From Chara braunii (Eukaryota; Plantae; Charophyceae), in assembly GCA_003427395.1 (NCBI GenBank), contig BFEA01000007.1:3850577-3914576 (forward strand): a stretch of DNA of 64,000 nucleotides, in the 5' to 3' direction. Below, piece after piece: positions 24,461 to 36,220 of the stretch (within the stretch, counting starts at the first letter, position 1; each line of letters starts with the position of its first letter). The translations under genes were made by a program, and so were the position numbers. The notes below the pieces were generated by a model, which saw only the letters and a program-made list of their open reading frames with translations, made no database searches and was not told the origin of the DNA.

Positions 24461-27152
24461 TCAGTCCCAGTCCGCTGTTCCCGCCGAGGGGCCGGATCTG
24501 AGGAGGGCACATAGACATTTTCGTACATCCTGTTCCGTCCAGATGTCACTCTGCCCGACTTTAGTTGTCTGCAGGTTCAAAAGTTGGGCCCGGGTGTGCC
24601 ATTTCAGGCCTGCCTCCTTGGTGGGGTCGTAGCGTATAAAGACGTCCCGCTGTGATATTTTGTTGGGGCTTGCTATGATGGAGGCTATTGCCTGTGCCCC
24701 CGATGATATGTTTTATGAAATGTGTTGATCTAGCTGCATCTGCAACAGCCCAAGCGCAACGTCCGATATATTGTTTCGTGGCTCCGCCCAGAATGATGTC
24801 CAACACTGTAATGTGACCCCCTGTCCACCATTCCCCACTGGAGACAGTCCAACCTCCCAGTTCTCATTTTTCTTTCGCACAAGGATAAGCAGTATGGCCT
24901 CCCGTGACAGGGGGTCAGAGTCACCACCCAACTCAATCACATGTCTAAGCTTTCTTTTCCGTACCAGCTCTAGCGGTGCGTCCTCATCGGGATTCGGAGG
25001 GTCCGGTCCCGGCGGTGGGACGGGCTGTTGCAGAACCGGGGGATCCGGGGATATCTTGGCTCCCGAGTCCGTTCTGTTTCCCCCTGTGGCGTTTGTGGGT
25101 GGCGTATTTGGTGGTTGAAACCGAGCAAAAACCAATGTGGTGAGCTTGTGCCATGCCTCAGCCCACTTCACCCCCGGTTGCAGACCATTTTCCAGTACCT
25201 TTTTAAGGGAGGCACTCGTGTCTAACATGGGGAATAGTTCCAAGAACGTCCTATCCCAGAACTCATCAGTGATGGGGCCATATTTGGCCTTCAAATTCCC
25301 CATTAACCAGTCCGCGACGGCGACCAGTTTCTGCTCGACCGGAAGATGTGGCGGCGGTGCTCCCTCCTCCTCCTTCCCCGGGTCATTTTCTAGGACCGGG
25401 ACTTGCAATGACGTGTTGACGTTGGGTGGGAGTGGGTCCACCCCCATTGGTTCTGCGTCGAAGGCCGCCTGGAAGGGGTCACTGCTGATTTCTCCTGCTG
25501 TCGTCTTTAATTGCTCACCCCCCTCAGTCCCCCCCTCAGTCCCCTCCACCTCCATACTGCTAACCCCCTTCAATTCCTCCGGATGTCCTTTCACCTCCAC
25601 CTGTCCCAATCTCTGGTCTGCTTGTGTTGCTATCTCCATCCGTATGCTGTTCCCTTCCCCATTCTGTTGTATCTGTTGAGGGGGGCGGGTTGTGGGGGGG
25701 TTTTCGGTGCGTCCTGTGGACTCTGTGCCATTCTCCTGAATGTAACGGTTTGCAGCGGGACCCGGCGCTGCACTGGAGATATCATTTTGTTTCTGTCCCG
25801 GGTCCGATTTTTCTTGCTGTTTTTGGACCCACTTCTCTTTTCCTGCTCTCCTGCCCACCGTTTTCCATTCTGAGACTTCCTGTTCGCTTTGCTGCAGCCG
25901 CGCCTGTGTCTCCTGTGCTCGTTTTTCCACTGGGGCAGGGGGGCTCCATGTGTTTGGGGGGCGTGTCCCCCAGTTCGGTTCCCCGTTTTTTCCCCATTTC
26001 CATCCTACCGTGGTGCCATCCTTCTGAGTGTCCTCAATGTAGACCCATCCTTCGTGTCCCGGGTTTACTGTCCTCCAATGGGTCGTTTTGACCGGATCTC
26101 TCAATAGTCTTCCGGTTTCCCGGGTCCTTTTTTTGCGGATGCAGAGGACAAATGTACTCAGTGCACAAATGTCTGTATGCCCTACATTTGTGACACTATG
26201 GTCTAAGTTTATGTGCAGTGTGAATCATATACTCCTTCCCTCCCACCTGATACGGGATCATGTCATCGAGGGAGAATGGGTGACCCTTAGGGAAGTCCAG
26301 TGCCAACATTAGGTAATCATCCCTTTTGGCCACATAGGAGGGGAGGGGATCTATGAATGCTACGATGTCGTACTGCAGTCCGAAATCGTATACAAATGCA
26401 GCTTGAATTTCGACAGGGATATGACGAAACTCCACCCAGTAGAAATCTTGCATGAGCTGCGTTCTCCTTTCTTCTGGCCCCAATCGGCGCTGCGGTGTCC
26501 ATGGGTGAATGCGCACCTCTGATCGTTCACAACGTAGACGCTTCCACCCATCAATCGTCGTTTTGTCCGATTCCTGCAGACTCAGGACCGTGAACAAGGT
26601 GTTGGAAACTGGTTGGATGAGGAAATGGTCACGGGCCAAGTCAGCGCTGTTTTTTAGTGATTCCAGGCGGTGGCCAATCCATTTCACTTTCTCATTGACT
26701 GATTTAAAAGCAGCGTCGTCGTGAAACACCCAGTTACTAGCGTGTTTCGTGTAAACCTCGTCACGGCAGGCCATGCCGCTTTTGGGGTATGCCTTAACCA
26801 TCGCCTGCTTACCCCCGTGTGTTACCACCCGAGTTTCTGAGGGGAGGAGAAACTTCTCCATAAAAAAGGCATGGGCTTGTGACACCCCGTCCAGGGGAAT
26901 CTCGAGGTTCCCTGTCCGTGGGCTGCCCTGACTCCGCTGGACAGTCAGGGCTTGGCCATGAAGAGGGTTTTTCAGCCTGTCTACCCAAGTGAGTTGTGGT
27001 TGATCTGTGCTCGGTCCCTGTGTACTCGATCCCTGAGCTGGGGGGGGGGGGTTCTCCCTGTGCAGTAGCCCTCCCCGTAGTTCCACTTCTTTATCCTCCT
27101 CCGTCAGGACCCCTGTGTCCTCCATTTGTTTTCCTTTCTCACGCAAGGCCAA
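24461..27152 (-). pseudogene. LINE ORF1 (DUF4283/RRM-like, CCHC zinc knuckle, long linker, C-terminal globular domain)
   Basis: IHPWTP..YWVEFRHIP..PWCHKCRAYGHLC (intact in the copy at 29218-29991); this copy has TGG>TAG at 26196, a +1 in an A-run at about 26130 and a stop at 24713 that reads through in frame to 24461. Confidence 0.85.
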
Positions 27153-27802
27153 CTCCCCCTGTGGGGGGGAGAGCGGGACGAAGTTTTTTTAGGCGTTTTG
27201 CTGTTGCGACCAATGCTTATGTCGCAGGTGTTCATCCGCCAGTTGTCTCATCACCCCACTGTAGAATAACATGGAGTCCAATCTCTTGTGTGCTCGCTGC
27301 AGTCTATTGTGCTTCATACTGTTTTTTACATGTTGACCTGGTCTTTATTAATTCCAAATGTTTTGTCGTTTTTTCGTATTACGTGGCCTGACAATCTGGG
27401 TGAGCTGGCAGGCTGTAGCCTCAGTGTAACCCAAACTAACAATCTGTAGAGACTACTGTTTTAATTGTTGAGTTTGTTGTAATCAATTTCAAATGTCTTA
27501 TCGTTTTTCGTGTTTCGTTTTTTAATGCTCTTTGCAGCTCGAAGATTGCTTTGTTTTTTTGGGGGATTGGCCGAGATGCACCGGGGGCTGCAGCACCTTC
27601 TTCCGTCGTCGTATCACGCTTCCCCTCTTGCCTTCGTTAAATCCGTTCGTCACGCTTCCCCTCTGGGCGCCCTGATCCTCCTCGCTGGAGTTGCCGTTTG
27701 GTACTCTTTTCCTCCTCTCTGTGGCCAACCCGTTTTTCCTCTCCCCTTCCTTTCTCTACCCTGGATCTCCCCGCTGTCCAAATTTCCTTTCTTCTTCTTA
27801 TT

Positions 27803-30278
27803 CCATTCCCCACAGGAGACAGTCCAACCTCCCATTTCTCATTTTTCTTTCGCACAGGGATAAGCAGTATGACCTCCCGTGACAGGGGGTCAGAGTCACC
27901 ACCCAACTCAATCACATGTCTAAGCTTTTCGTCCTCATCGGGATTCGGAGGGTCCGGTCCCGACGGTGGGACGGGCTGTTGTAGAACCGGGGGATCCGGG
28001 GATATCTTGGCTCCCGAGTCCGTTCTGTTTCCCNNNNNNNNNNNNNNNNNNNNNNNNNNNNNNNNNNNNNNNNNNNNNNNNNNNNNNNNNNNNNNNNNNN
28101 NNNNNNNNNNNNNNNNNNNNNNNNNNNNNNNNNNNNNNNNNNNNNNNNNNNNNNNNNNTGTGCCATGCCTCAGCCCACTTCACCCCCGGTTGCAGACCAT
28201 TTTTCAGTACCTTTTTGAGGGAGGCACTCGTATCTAACATGGGGAATAGTTCCAAGAACGTCCTGTCCCAGAACTCGTCAGTGATGGGGCCATATTTGGC
28301 CTTCAAATTCCCCATTAACCAGTCCGCGACGGTGACCAGTTTCTGCTCGACCGGAAGATGTGGCGGCGGTGCTCCCTCCTCCTCCTTCCCCGGGTCATTT
28401 TCTGGGACCGGGACTTGCGGTGACGTGTTGACGTTGGGTGGGAGTGGGTCCACCTCCATTGGTTCTGCGTTGAAGGCCGCCTGGAAGGGGTCACTGCTGA
28501 TTTCTCCTGCTGTCGTCTTTAATTGCTCACCCCCCTCAGTACCCCCCTCAGTCCCCACACCGCAGCGCCGACTGGGGCCAGAAGAAAGGAGAACGCAGCT
28601 CATGCAAGATTTCTAATGGGTGGAGTTTCGTCATATCCCTGTCGAAATTCAAGCTGCATTTGTATACGGTTTCGGACTGCAGTACGACATTGTAGCATTC
28701 ATAGATCCCCTCCCCTCCTATGTGGCCAAAAGGGATGACTACCTAATGTTGGCACTGAACTTCCCCCAGGGTCACCCATTCTCCCTCGATGACGTGATCC
28801 CGTATCAGGTGGGAGGGAAGGAGTATATGATTCACACGGCACATAAACTTAGACCGTGGTGTCACAAATGTAGGGCATACAGACACTTGTGCACTGAGTA
28901 CATTTGTCCGCTGCATCCGCAAAAAAGGACCCGGGAAACCGGAAGAATGTTGAGAGATCCGGTCAAAATGACCCATTGGACGACAGTAGACCCGAGACAC
29001 GAAGGATGGGTCTACATTGAGGACACTCAGAAGGATGGCACCACGGTAGGATGGAAATGGGAAAAAAACGGGGAACCGAACTGGGGGACACGCCCCCCCA
29101 ACACATGGACCCCCCCTGCCCCAGTGGAGAAACGAGCACAGGAGACACAGGCGCGGGCGCATTCACCCATGGACACCGCAGCGCCGACTGGGGCCAGAAG
29201 AAAGGAGAACGCAGCTCATGCAAGATTTGTACTGGGTGGAGTTTCGTCATATCCCTGTCGAAATTCAAGCTGCATTTGTATACGATTTCGGACTGCAGTA
29301 CGACATCGTAGCATTCATAGATACCCTCCCCTCCTATGTGGCCAAAAGGGATGACTACCTAATGTTGGCACTGGACTTCCCTCAGGGTCACCCATTCTCC
29401 CTCGATGACATGATCCCGTATCAGGTGGGAGGGAAGGAGTATATGATTCACACGACACATAAACTTAGACCGTGGTGTCACAAATGTAGGGCATACGGAC
29501 ACTTGTGCACTGAGTACATTTGTCCGCTGTATCTGCAAAAAAGGACCCGGGAAACCGGAAGACTGTTGAGAGATCCGGTCAAAACGACCCATTGGAGGAC
29601 AGTAGACCCGGGACACGAAGGATGGGTCTACATTGAGGACACTCAGAAGGATGGCACCACGGTAGGATGGAAATGGGAAAAAACCGGGGAACCGAACTGG
29701 GGGACACGCCCCCCAAACACATGGACCCCCCCTGCCCCAGTGGAGAAACGAGCACAGGAGACACAGGCGCGGCTGCAGCAAAGCGAACAGGAAGTCTCAG
29801 AATGGAAAACGGTGGGCAGGAGAGCAGGAAAAGAGAAGTGGGTCCAAAAACAGCAAGAAAAATCGGACCTGGGACAGAAACAAAATGATATCTCCAGTGC
29901 AGCGCCGGGTCCCGCTGCAAACCGTTACATTCAGCAGGTGCCGCTCCCCACCAATAGATGGAGCCTCCCTGGGAAAAAAGTTGGAGACTAGCAGCAGGGG
30001 AAGAGCTGACTGGCAGGCACTCTCTCAGCTATCTGTTCAGTAAAAAAGATGAATTTAAGGGACGTTGGACCCGGTTTCCAGCAAAAAAGGGACTGGGGTT
30101 CTTTGGCAGGGGTAGACATACAATGGGAGGGAGTGGTATGAGTGGGCCAGCAGCATCAATAGAAGGCACATCTCAAAGACAGGGAGCGGGAGGAACTAGG
30201 GGGTAGCAGCAGGTATCTGGCGCCCGCTTCAGGGGGAAGAGGTTCAGCCCCCCCAACATCCTGCTCATTCAATCCCCT
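27803..30278. mobile_element. Rearranged derivative of the adjacent LINE (direct, inverted, duplicated and internally deleted pieces)
   Basis: 27803-28555 = ORF1 24828-25545 (-); 28556-29155 and 29156-29934 = ORF1 pieces on +; 29932-30278 = 3' UTR 19539-19195 on +. Confidence 0.85.
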
Positions 30279-30339
30279 ACCTCAACAGCATGCCGAGAAG
30301 ACCTGAGGCAGCACCACATCAGCATGCCATAGAGGCAGT

Positions 30340-30975
30340 ACCACATCAACCTGCCACGAAAACCAGGTGCAGCGCCACATCAGCACCTCACGAAGACTAG
30401 TTGTAGCTCCACATCAGCACCTCACGAAAACCAGGGGCAGCGCCACATCAGCACCTCACGTAAACCAGGTGTAGCGCCACATCAGCATCTCACGAAGACC
30501 AGGTGCAGCACCACATCAACACCTCACGAAGACCAGGTGCTGTGCCACATCAGCACCTCACGAAGACCAGGTGCTGTGCCACATCAGCACTTCACGAAAA
30601 CCAAGTGCGGCGCCATATCAGCACCTCACGAAAACCAGGTGCAGCGCCACATCACAATGCTATGATGACCTGGTGCAACACCACAACAGCATACCATGAA
30701 GACCTGGTGCAGCACCTCATCAGCACACCATGAAGACCTGGTGCAGCACCTCATCAGCACATCATGAAGACCTGGTGCAGCACCTCANNNNNNNNNNNNN
30801 NNNNNNNNNNNNNNNNNNNNNNNNNNNNNNNNNNNNNNNNNNNNNNNNNNNNNNNNNNNNNNNNNNNAGCACCTCATCAGCACACCATGAAGACCTGGTG
30901 CAGCACCTCATCAGCACACCATGAAGACCTGGTGCAGCACCTCATCAGCACACCATGAAGACTAGATGCAGCGCC
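30340..30975 (+). repeat. 34-bp minisatellite (gcagcgccacatcagcacctcacgaagaccaggt, shifting to gcagcacctcatcagcacaccatgaagacctggt)
   Basis: More than 15 contiguous units with no spacers; spans an N-gap. Confidence 0.9.
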
Positions 30976-31639
30976 AGCCACCATGCCGGACCTGCGGCGC
31001 GTCGCCGTAGAGATCATGCCAGCACAAAGCCAACGCTCAACCAGCACAGCAGCGTCGAGCCAGTCGCGTTGTCAACACAAAGTCAGCATCGACCACAAGA
31101 CAGAATGACTCTCAAAGCCAGGGAAGTCAACTCTTATGTTGTGTTGACTCGAGGTCTGTACCCCGGATGCTGCGCCCCCTCAGCTGTCCAGATCTTGATG
31201 CGAGCTAAGGCTCAGATCAGTCTGAAATCGAATTCCCTCCGGCCTGAATGCTTGTCTGGGTACCTGCCCACAACAAGTGAATGTATCCAACCAAGGGCCT
31301 GGGCGAGACACCTTTGACTCCACAGTTGATTTTGACCCTTGAATTTCCTGTGAGCAGCGCTTGGTCACACAGCCGAACGTGACAGACTCAGGCCTGGGCG
31401 TGTCTTGGTCACACAGCCAGCACAGACCGATTCAGGTCTGTGTTGCCTGGGGCTGAGTTCTAGGCCCTATGCTACTTCTGAACAGGGTTACTGCACTCAC
31501 AGGGGGCCATGATAATCGTTTCTGTATCGTTCCAATTTTTAATAGATGTCCCGGAGGACCACGCCGCACGACAGTCCTGAGATATCGCCATCGAGTTAGC
31601 CTGGTCGAGGCAATTTATAATATATTTGGTTTTTCTCAT

Positions 31640-31713
31640 CAAGTTCCACCATCTGGGTTCAAACATGGGTCTGTATTTCAACAATTCATGGGTGTACCCA
31701 ATGAGCTAGGCTC
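31640..31713 (-). mobile_element. tRNA-derived SINE head (same family as 7960-8020 and 17128-17198)
   Basis: Minus strand gccTAGCTCATTGGgtacacccatgaattgttgaaatacagacccatGTTTGAACCcagatggtgg. Confidence 0.55.
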
Positions 31714-31730
31714 TTGGGTTCACGGTCTAT

Positions 31731-34700
31731 CTTGATACCAATATCGGACCGCGTCCCAAAATAACTAAAAGGAAAAGGAAATATAATAGGAAGGAAGAAG
31801 GACTGATAGAAGGAAGAAAGAAAGAAGGGACCTACCGGTACTCCCTTGGCCCCTGCCAATCGGGCCCATTGTCGGACTCCCTAGCAAAACCAAGGGGAAT
31901 ACTCCCGCGAGACCTCCATGGCGCTCCTTTGCTCCTCCGCTTCCGACCACTGGCCTCGATCCTGAGTCTTCGTGGTGTCAGCTCAAAGTTATAACCTATA
32001 GGGCTAAGCCCAAGCTTGGAGGTAACAGGCGTGGACTTTATTATAAAGACGTCCGTTTTCAGGCCTACGCCTGTCGGACTGTACTAACGGTCGTACTTAG
32101 GCACGCCGTCCAATCCTAGGGTTCTTACGTGCCGACCCTTGCCGCATGAAGGGACCAGTCCTATCTGCCCCTTTTCGTATATGTGGCACAACCGCGACAC
32201 TACTCAAAACTTGAACTTTCTCGCTAGTTTGTCAAAGGAAATCCGCACTTCTAGTATCTAAACGTCGGAAAAGTTCGATTTTTATAGTGTCACCCGCGGC
32301 TTCTATCGTTGACCAAATATTATGGTCGGCTCGGGAAGTCAGGTACTTTGCTCCCTACTGATCCTAGTACCGCCTCCAATAAGTCATGCGGGTCTGATAA
32401 CTAAATCCTAGCTCCAATCACCAACTGTCGATTTTAAACATGAATGCGCACTGCGTGTGCTATTGCAGTTTCTTCACACTTCTTTTCTAATTCCATGCAA
32501 CTAGGTGCGGGCGCCGCTCTCACCAGGTATCCGCCTAAAAACCCATGCGTGCCCTCGAAGTGCACGCCCCCACACTCTCTAATCAGATCAAAAGCACGTG
32601 CCATTTCCAACCCCTGAGAATGGTTTATGGTCACGCAGAAATGAGACACTCTCTCGAATATCGTCAAAAACGCACTTTTTCTGCGAGATGCAAAAATGTG
32701 CCCAAGGGTATTTGGACCGACAATTTTCCGGACCCTATTAAGCGACGTCCCCGTCGCGTCGGGCAATAAAAACTATAAGCACAACAAAAATCACATTTGT
32801 TGACGAGGAAGTAACCAATCCGATTCGCCGGCCCGATTCCGTTCGAGGTATCTTCTCGACCTGCCCCCGTCACGGTGTTCCACTGCCAGGGTTCTAACCT
32901 GGGTCTCCCATATCCTGGCCTCGGAATTAGGGGATACTCTGTTCCGTACTACAGTGTAATATCCGCTCCCAGGTAGCAGGTTGATAGTCCTCTTCCTTCG
33001 TCCTAGACATCGTCGGTTTCTCGTTGGGTGTCCTTAGCCCAACTAACGAGCTCACGACCTTGGACGCGGGCTCTAGCCGAGACCTCTCAAAATACAGGGG
33101 CACCTCACTCCCCATACCAATATCCGTCATAATGAAATACCCATCCTGGAGTCTAGCACAGGTGGGTTAGGTCTCCATCTTGGCCCACCTCAGATCGGTT
33201 GATCATGCCGAATCCACGGCCCATCGCGTTGTTATATAGCGATGGTGCCCTCGTTGGTTACGCAACGATAAGCAGTTTTCCTATCTTGGTATCCCGGGGG
33301 ATTCCGACTCTAGACTTAATCGATCCCAATGACCTTCCCTCTAGTTAGGCCTCTCCGACTGGCCGACCCTTCAAGACCTAACCTCTAGTGAGTCATGGAC
33401 CCGCTGCCAGGTTGCTCCGGCCAGCAGCCGACGTTGGGAGTTACGTTCCAGTGATGCTAAGTATGGCCCCTTAGCTCGGCCTCACAAACATGTCCCTTAG
33501 ACTGACTTCTTAGTGGTCAAGCATTCTTATTGTCAAAATTCCTCAAAGTTTTCTCAAAATAAAGGATCACGTACCAACTGCCCACGGAACTACGTGGAGG
33601 GATAGTGCCTTCTCTTAATATTTGAACAAAAATCACCATCAAACCACAAAGTCGTAACCCTCCCTACTTTGATCATAGTAGGTTGGGTCTCACCTCTTAA
33701 GGACATCTCTCAAAATTTCTTCCAAAATTTCATCATGAATGCCACAATTTCAAGCAATAATTCTCACAAAATTTTTGGTATTTCCTTGTCAGACTTTTAC
33801 ATCACAAAAATATCCATCATCATAGCACCTCTTTTGGGTGCTCTCCCTCAATATCATCCATATTTCTGGGGATTAGCCAACCTTCGGGCTTCCCTTCACA
33901 CACAGAAAGGACACAACTTTGGTTGTGACACTCACATTCATCATTACTCAAGTCTTTTCCAGATTACGATATGACAATTTTTATTGAAAACACAAAGATG
34001 CATCCTCTTTTATTGCACTTTAAAAATTCATCTATTATTTGTCAGATATGCCTAATTGCAAAGAAAGACCTTGCAATTCAAATCATCTTAAAACACGTAC
34101 AAATCACAAAAGTCATTCGCATGAGGACAAACCCACAAGACTGAGTGTGATTGTAAAAAAACAGACAAAACCACACATGAAATTCACGCTAGTACACAGA
34201 GACAGGAGCCTAGTGGATGCAAGAGCTCGTGTCGATATCTCAGAAAACCACAAAAGTAAGAAAATATGTTGAAAAATCAAAATCCAGATGTTAGTGTAGC
34301 CACGTCACCACTCTGACGTGTGTCTTATACACCACATCCTAAACTAGGAAAACTCTGAATACACGTGAAAACACTCCACACCACTCAAGAAGAGAAGAGG
34401 TCAAAAAAGGCTACCCTAGTGTTATCTCTATATACATCTAAGACTGAAGATCCTCTGTGACTTAATCACGCAATCCCTGATGTACATGAGTCTGATCCAA
34501 TCCTCCATGTATTCCTCTATATACAGATATCCATCAGGACTGAGTGTCAAGTCTCTCACCTCTCTTAGCTCTAGACCTTTCCGGACCCTAAAGGTTAAAT
34601 CCTAGTAGATCAAAAGCATGTGTCATTTTCAACCCCTGAGAGTGGTTTATGGTCACGCAGAAATGAGACACTCTCTCGAATATCGTCAAAAACGCATTTT

Positions 34701-34756
34701 TTCTGCGAGATGCAAAAATGTGCCCAAATACCCTTATAAGGGTATTCGGGCCGACA
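31731..34756 (-). mobile_element. Non-coding LTR retrotransposon remnant(s)
   Basis: iMet-type PBS tggtatcaag at 31731-31740 (-) next to a tatcggacc LTR end; about 140-bp direct repeat 32586-32722 / 34607-34756 ending ccgaca. Confidence 0.45.
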
Positions 34757-36135
34757 ACGGCGTGGTCCACGGGCTGCTGACACTTTGTGGAGGAAGGCAT
34801 GCCCACACTATTACTCTGCAGAATGTATGAACCTGTTTTCCCGGCGTAAGTTTAATTTCAATTTTTTTAATCCTTTACCTTCTTCCCTGGACATGACACT
34901 CTTGTCGTAAGGGCATACTCACACAACAACTTGGGCTGCGTATCTATCTGGTATCACGTCCACAGGGGTGTTTTTTTTTTTTTTTTTTTTTTTTTTTGGC
35001 TGGGAGCAGGTCGTTTTTTGAAAGACAAACCGTGCTTTTTTTTTTTTTTTTCCCTCTCATGGAAGTACCTGAAAAAAAAAAAAAACAGAACCTAGACTCG
35101 ACAAAACTTGGTGTGCAGCGAAAATCAGGGTCGGGAAAAACAGGCTCGGAGGTAGAGGTGATTTAAGAGTGAGTTCAGTTAATACCATTAAGGGGATGAA
35201 AATTATGAATGTTTTCATAATTTATAAGGACATTGTAAAGTCAGTGATTAGATTGATGATGAGATTGATGCGTTGGATAACGATTAGATGATAGATCAAA
35301 AAAATATAGAGAATATAAATAATATATTTCTAATTTAAGAGTTCGAGAATGAGAAAAAAAACATCATAAATTGTTAATTTGAGAAAAAACGTGAAAATAG
35401 ATGTGAGGTACGCCCCCCCATCCCTCTCCCCCCTGAAACCATTAGTCCCCAACCCCTTCACCCGCTGTCTCTCCCCTTCTCTCCTTCCTCTGCATCCTCC
35501 TCCTACATTCCCCACCCCCTTCCACCCCCTTCCCTACGCTGCTTTCGCTTGTAGTTGCCCCGCTATTCTCCTATTCCTTCCTAGATGAGAAGAATGGAAC
35601 ACCTAGAAGCAAAGTGGGCATAAAGAGTGAAGAGAGAAAAGTGGGAAAAGAATGAGGAAAGAAGGTAAGGACAGAAGAGTAAAGGGAATATACTAAAGGG
35701 AAAGAAGGACGAAAAAAATATATCAAGAGAAAAACAAAAGAAAAAGAAGAGGTGAAAAGAGTGGGAGGATCTTCGTACGATTTTCCCTCCGTTGCCTCCC
35801 TTCCAAACCTCCAGTGATACATAAGATGTATTGATGTACCAAATTGGCAGGTGAGTCTGATGTGGATGATCTGATACAGAAGCAACGGGCAAGGTAATCC
35901 CTTCAAGTTTCTCTTCTATTTTTTATCTCTTGGCTGATGTTTTCCGCCTTTGTTCTAACTGTTTTTTGCGCATGGCCGACCTCAATTTGACTTTTCTCAT
36001 CCCTGTAATTTCTTTGATATTCTCTCAACTCTTTCATCATCTTTGTTTGGCCCAGTGAGGATGCATCTATAACCAAAATCCAGATACGGGTAGATAGAAG
36101 GGGGATTGCACACATAGACCACACTCACATGCAAG

Positions 36136-36151
36136 CACACACACACACACA

Positions 36152-36216
<65 letters not shown>
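36136..36216. repeat. (CA)n microsatellite
   Basis: Direct reading. Confidence 0.95.

Positions 36217-36220
<4 letters not shown>

Larger units (their letters stand above)
18961..27802 (-). mobile_element. Near-full-length L1/Tx1-type LINE retrotransposon (ORF1 + ORF2 + about 870-nt 3' UTR + poly(A))
   Basis: Poly(T) at 18961-18994; ORF2 with APE-RT-zinc finger; ORF1 with RRM-like and CCHC regions; several stops and frameshifts. Confidence 0.95.

Noticed and set aside
30340-30975. CRISPR-like 34-bp periodicity; minus-strand CUGAUGA plus stem resembling a hammerhead
   Set aside because: Units are contiguous with no unique spacers and no cas genes; the GAAA core after stem II is absent
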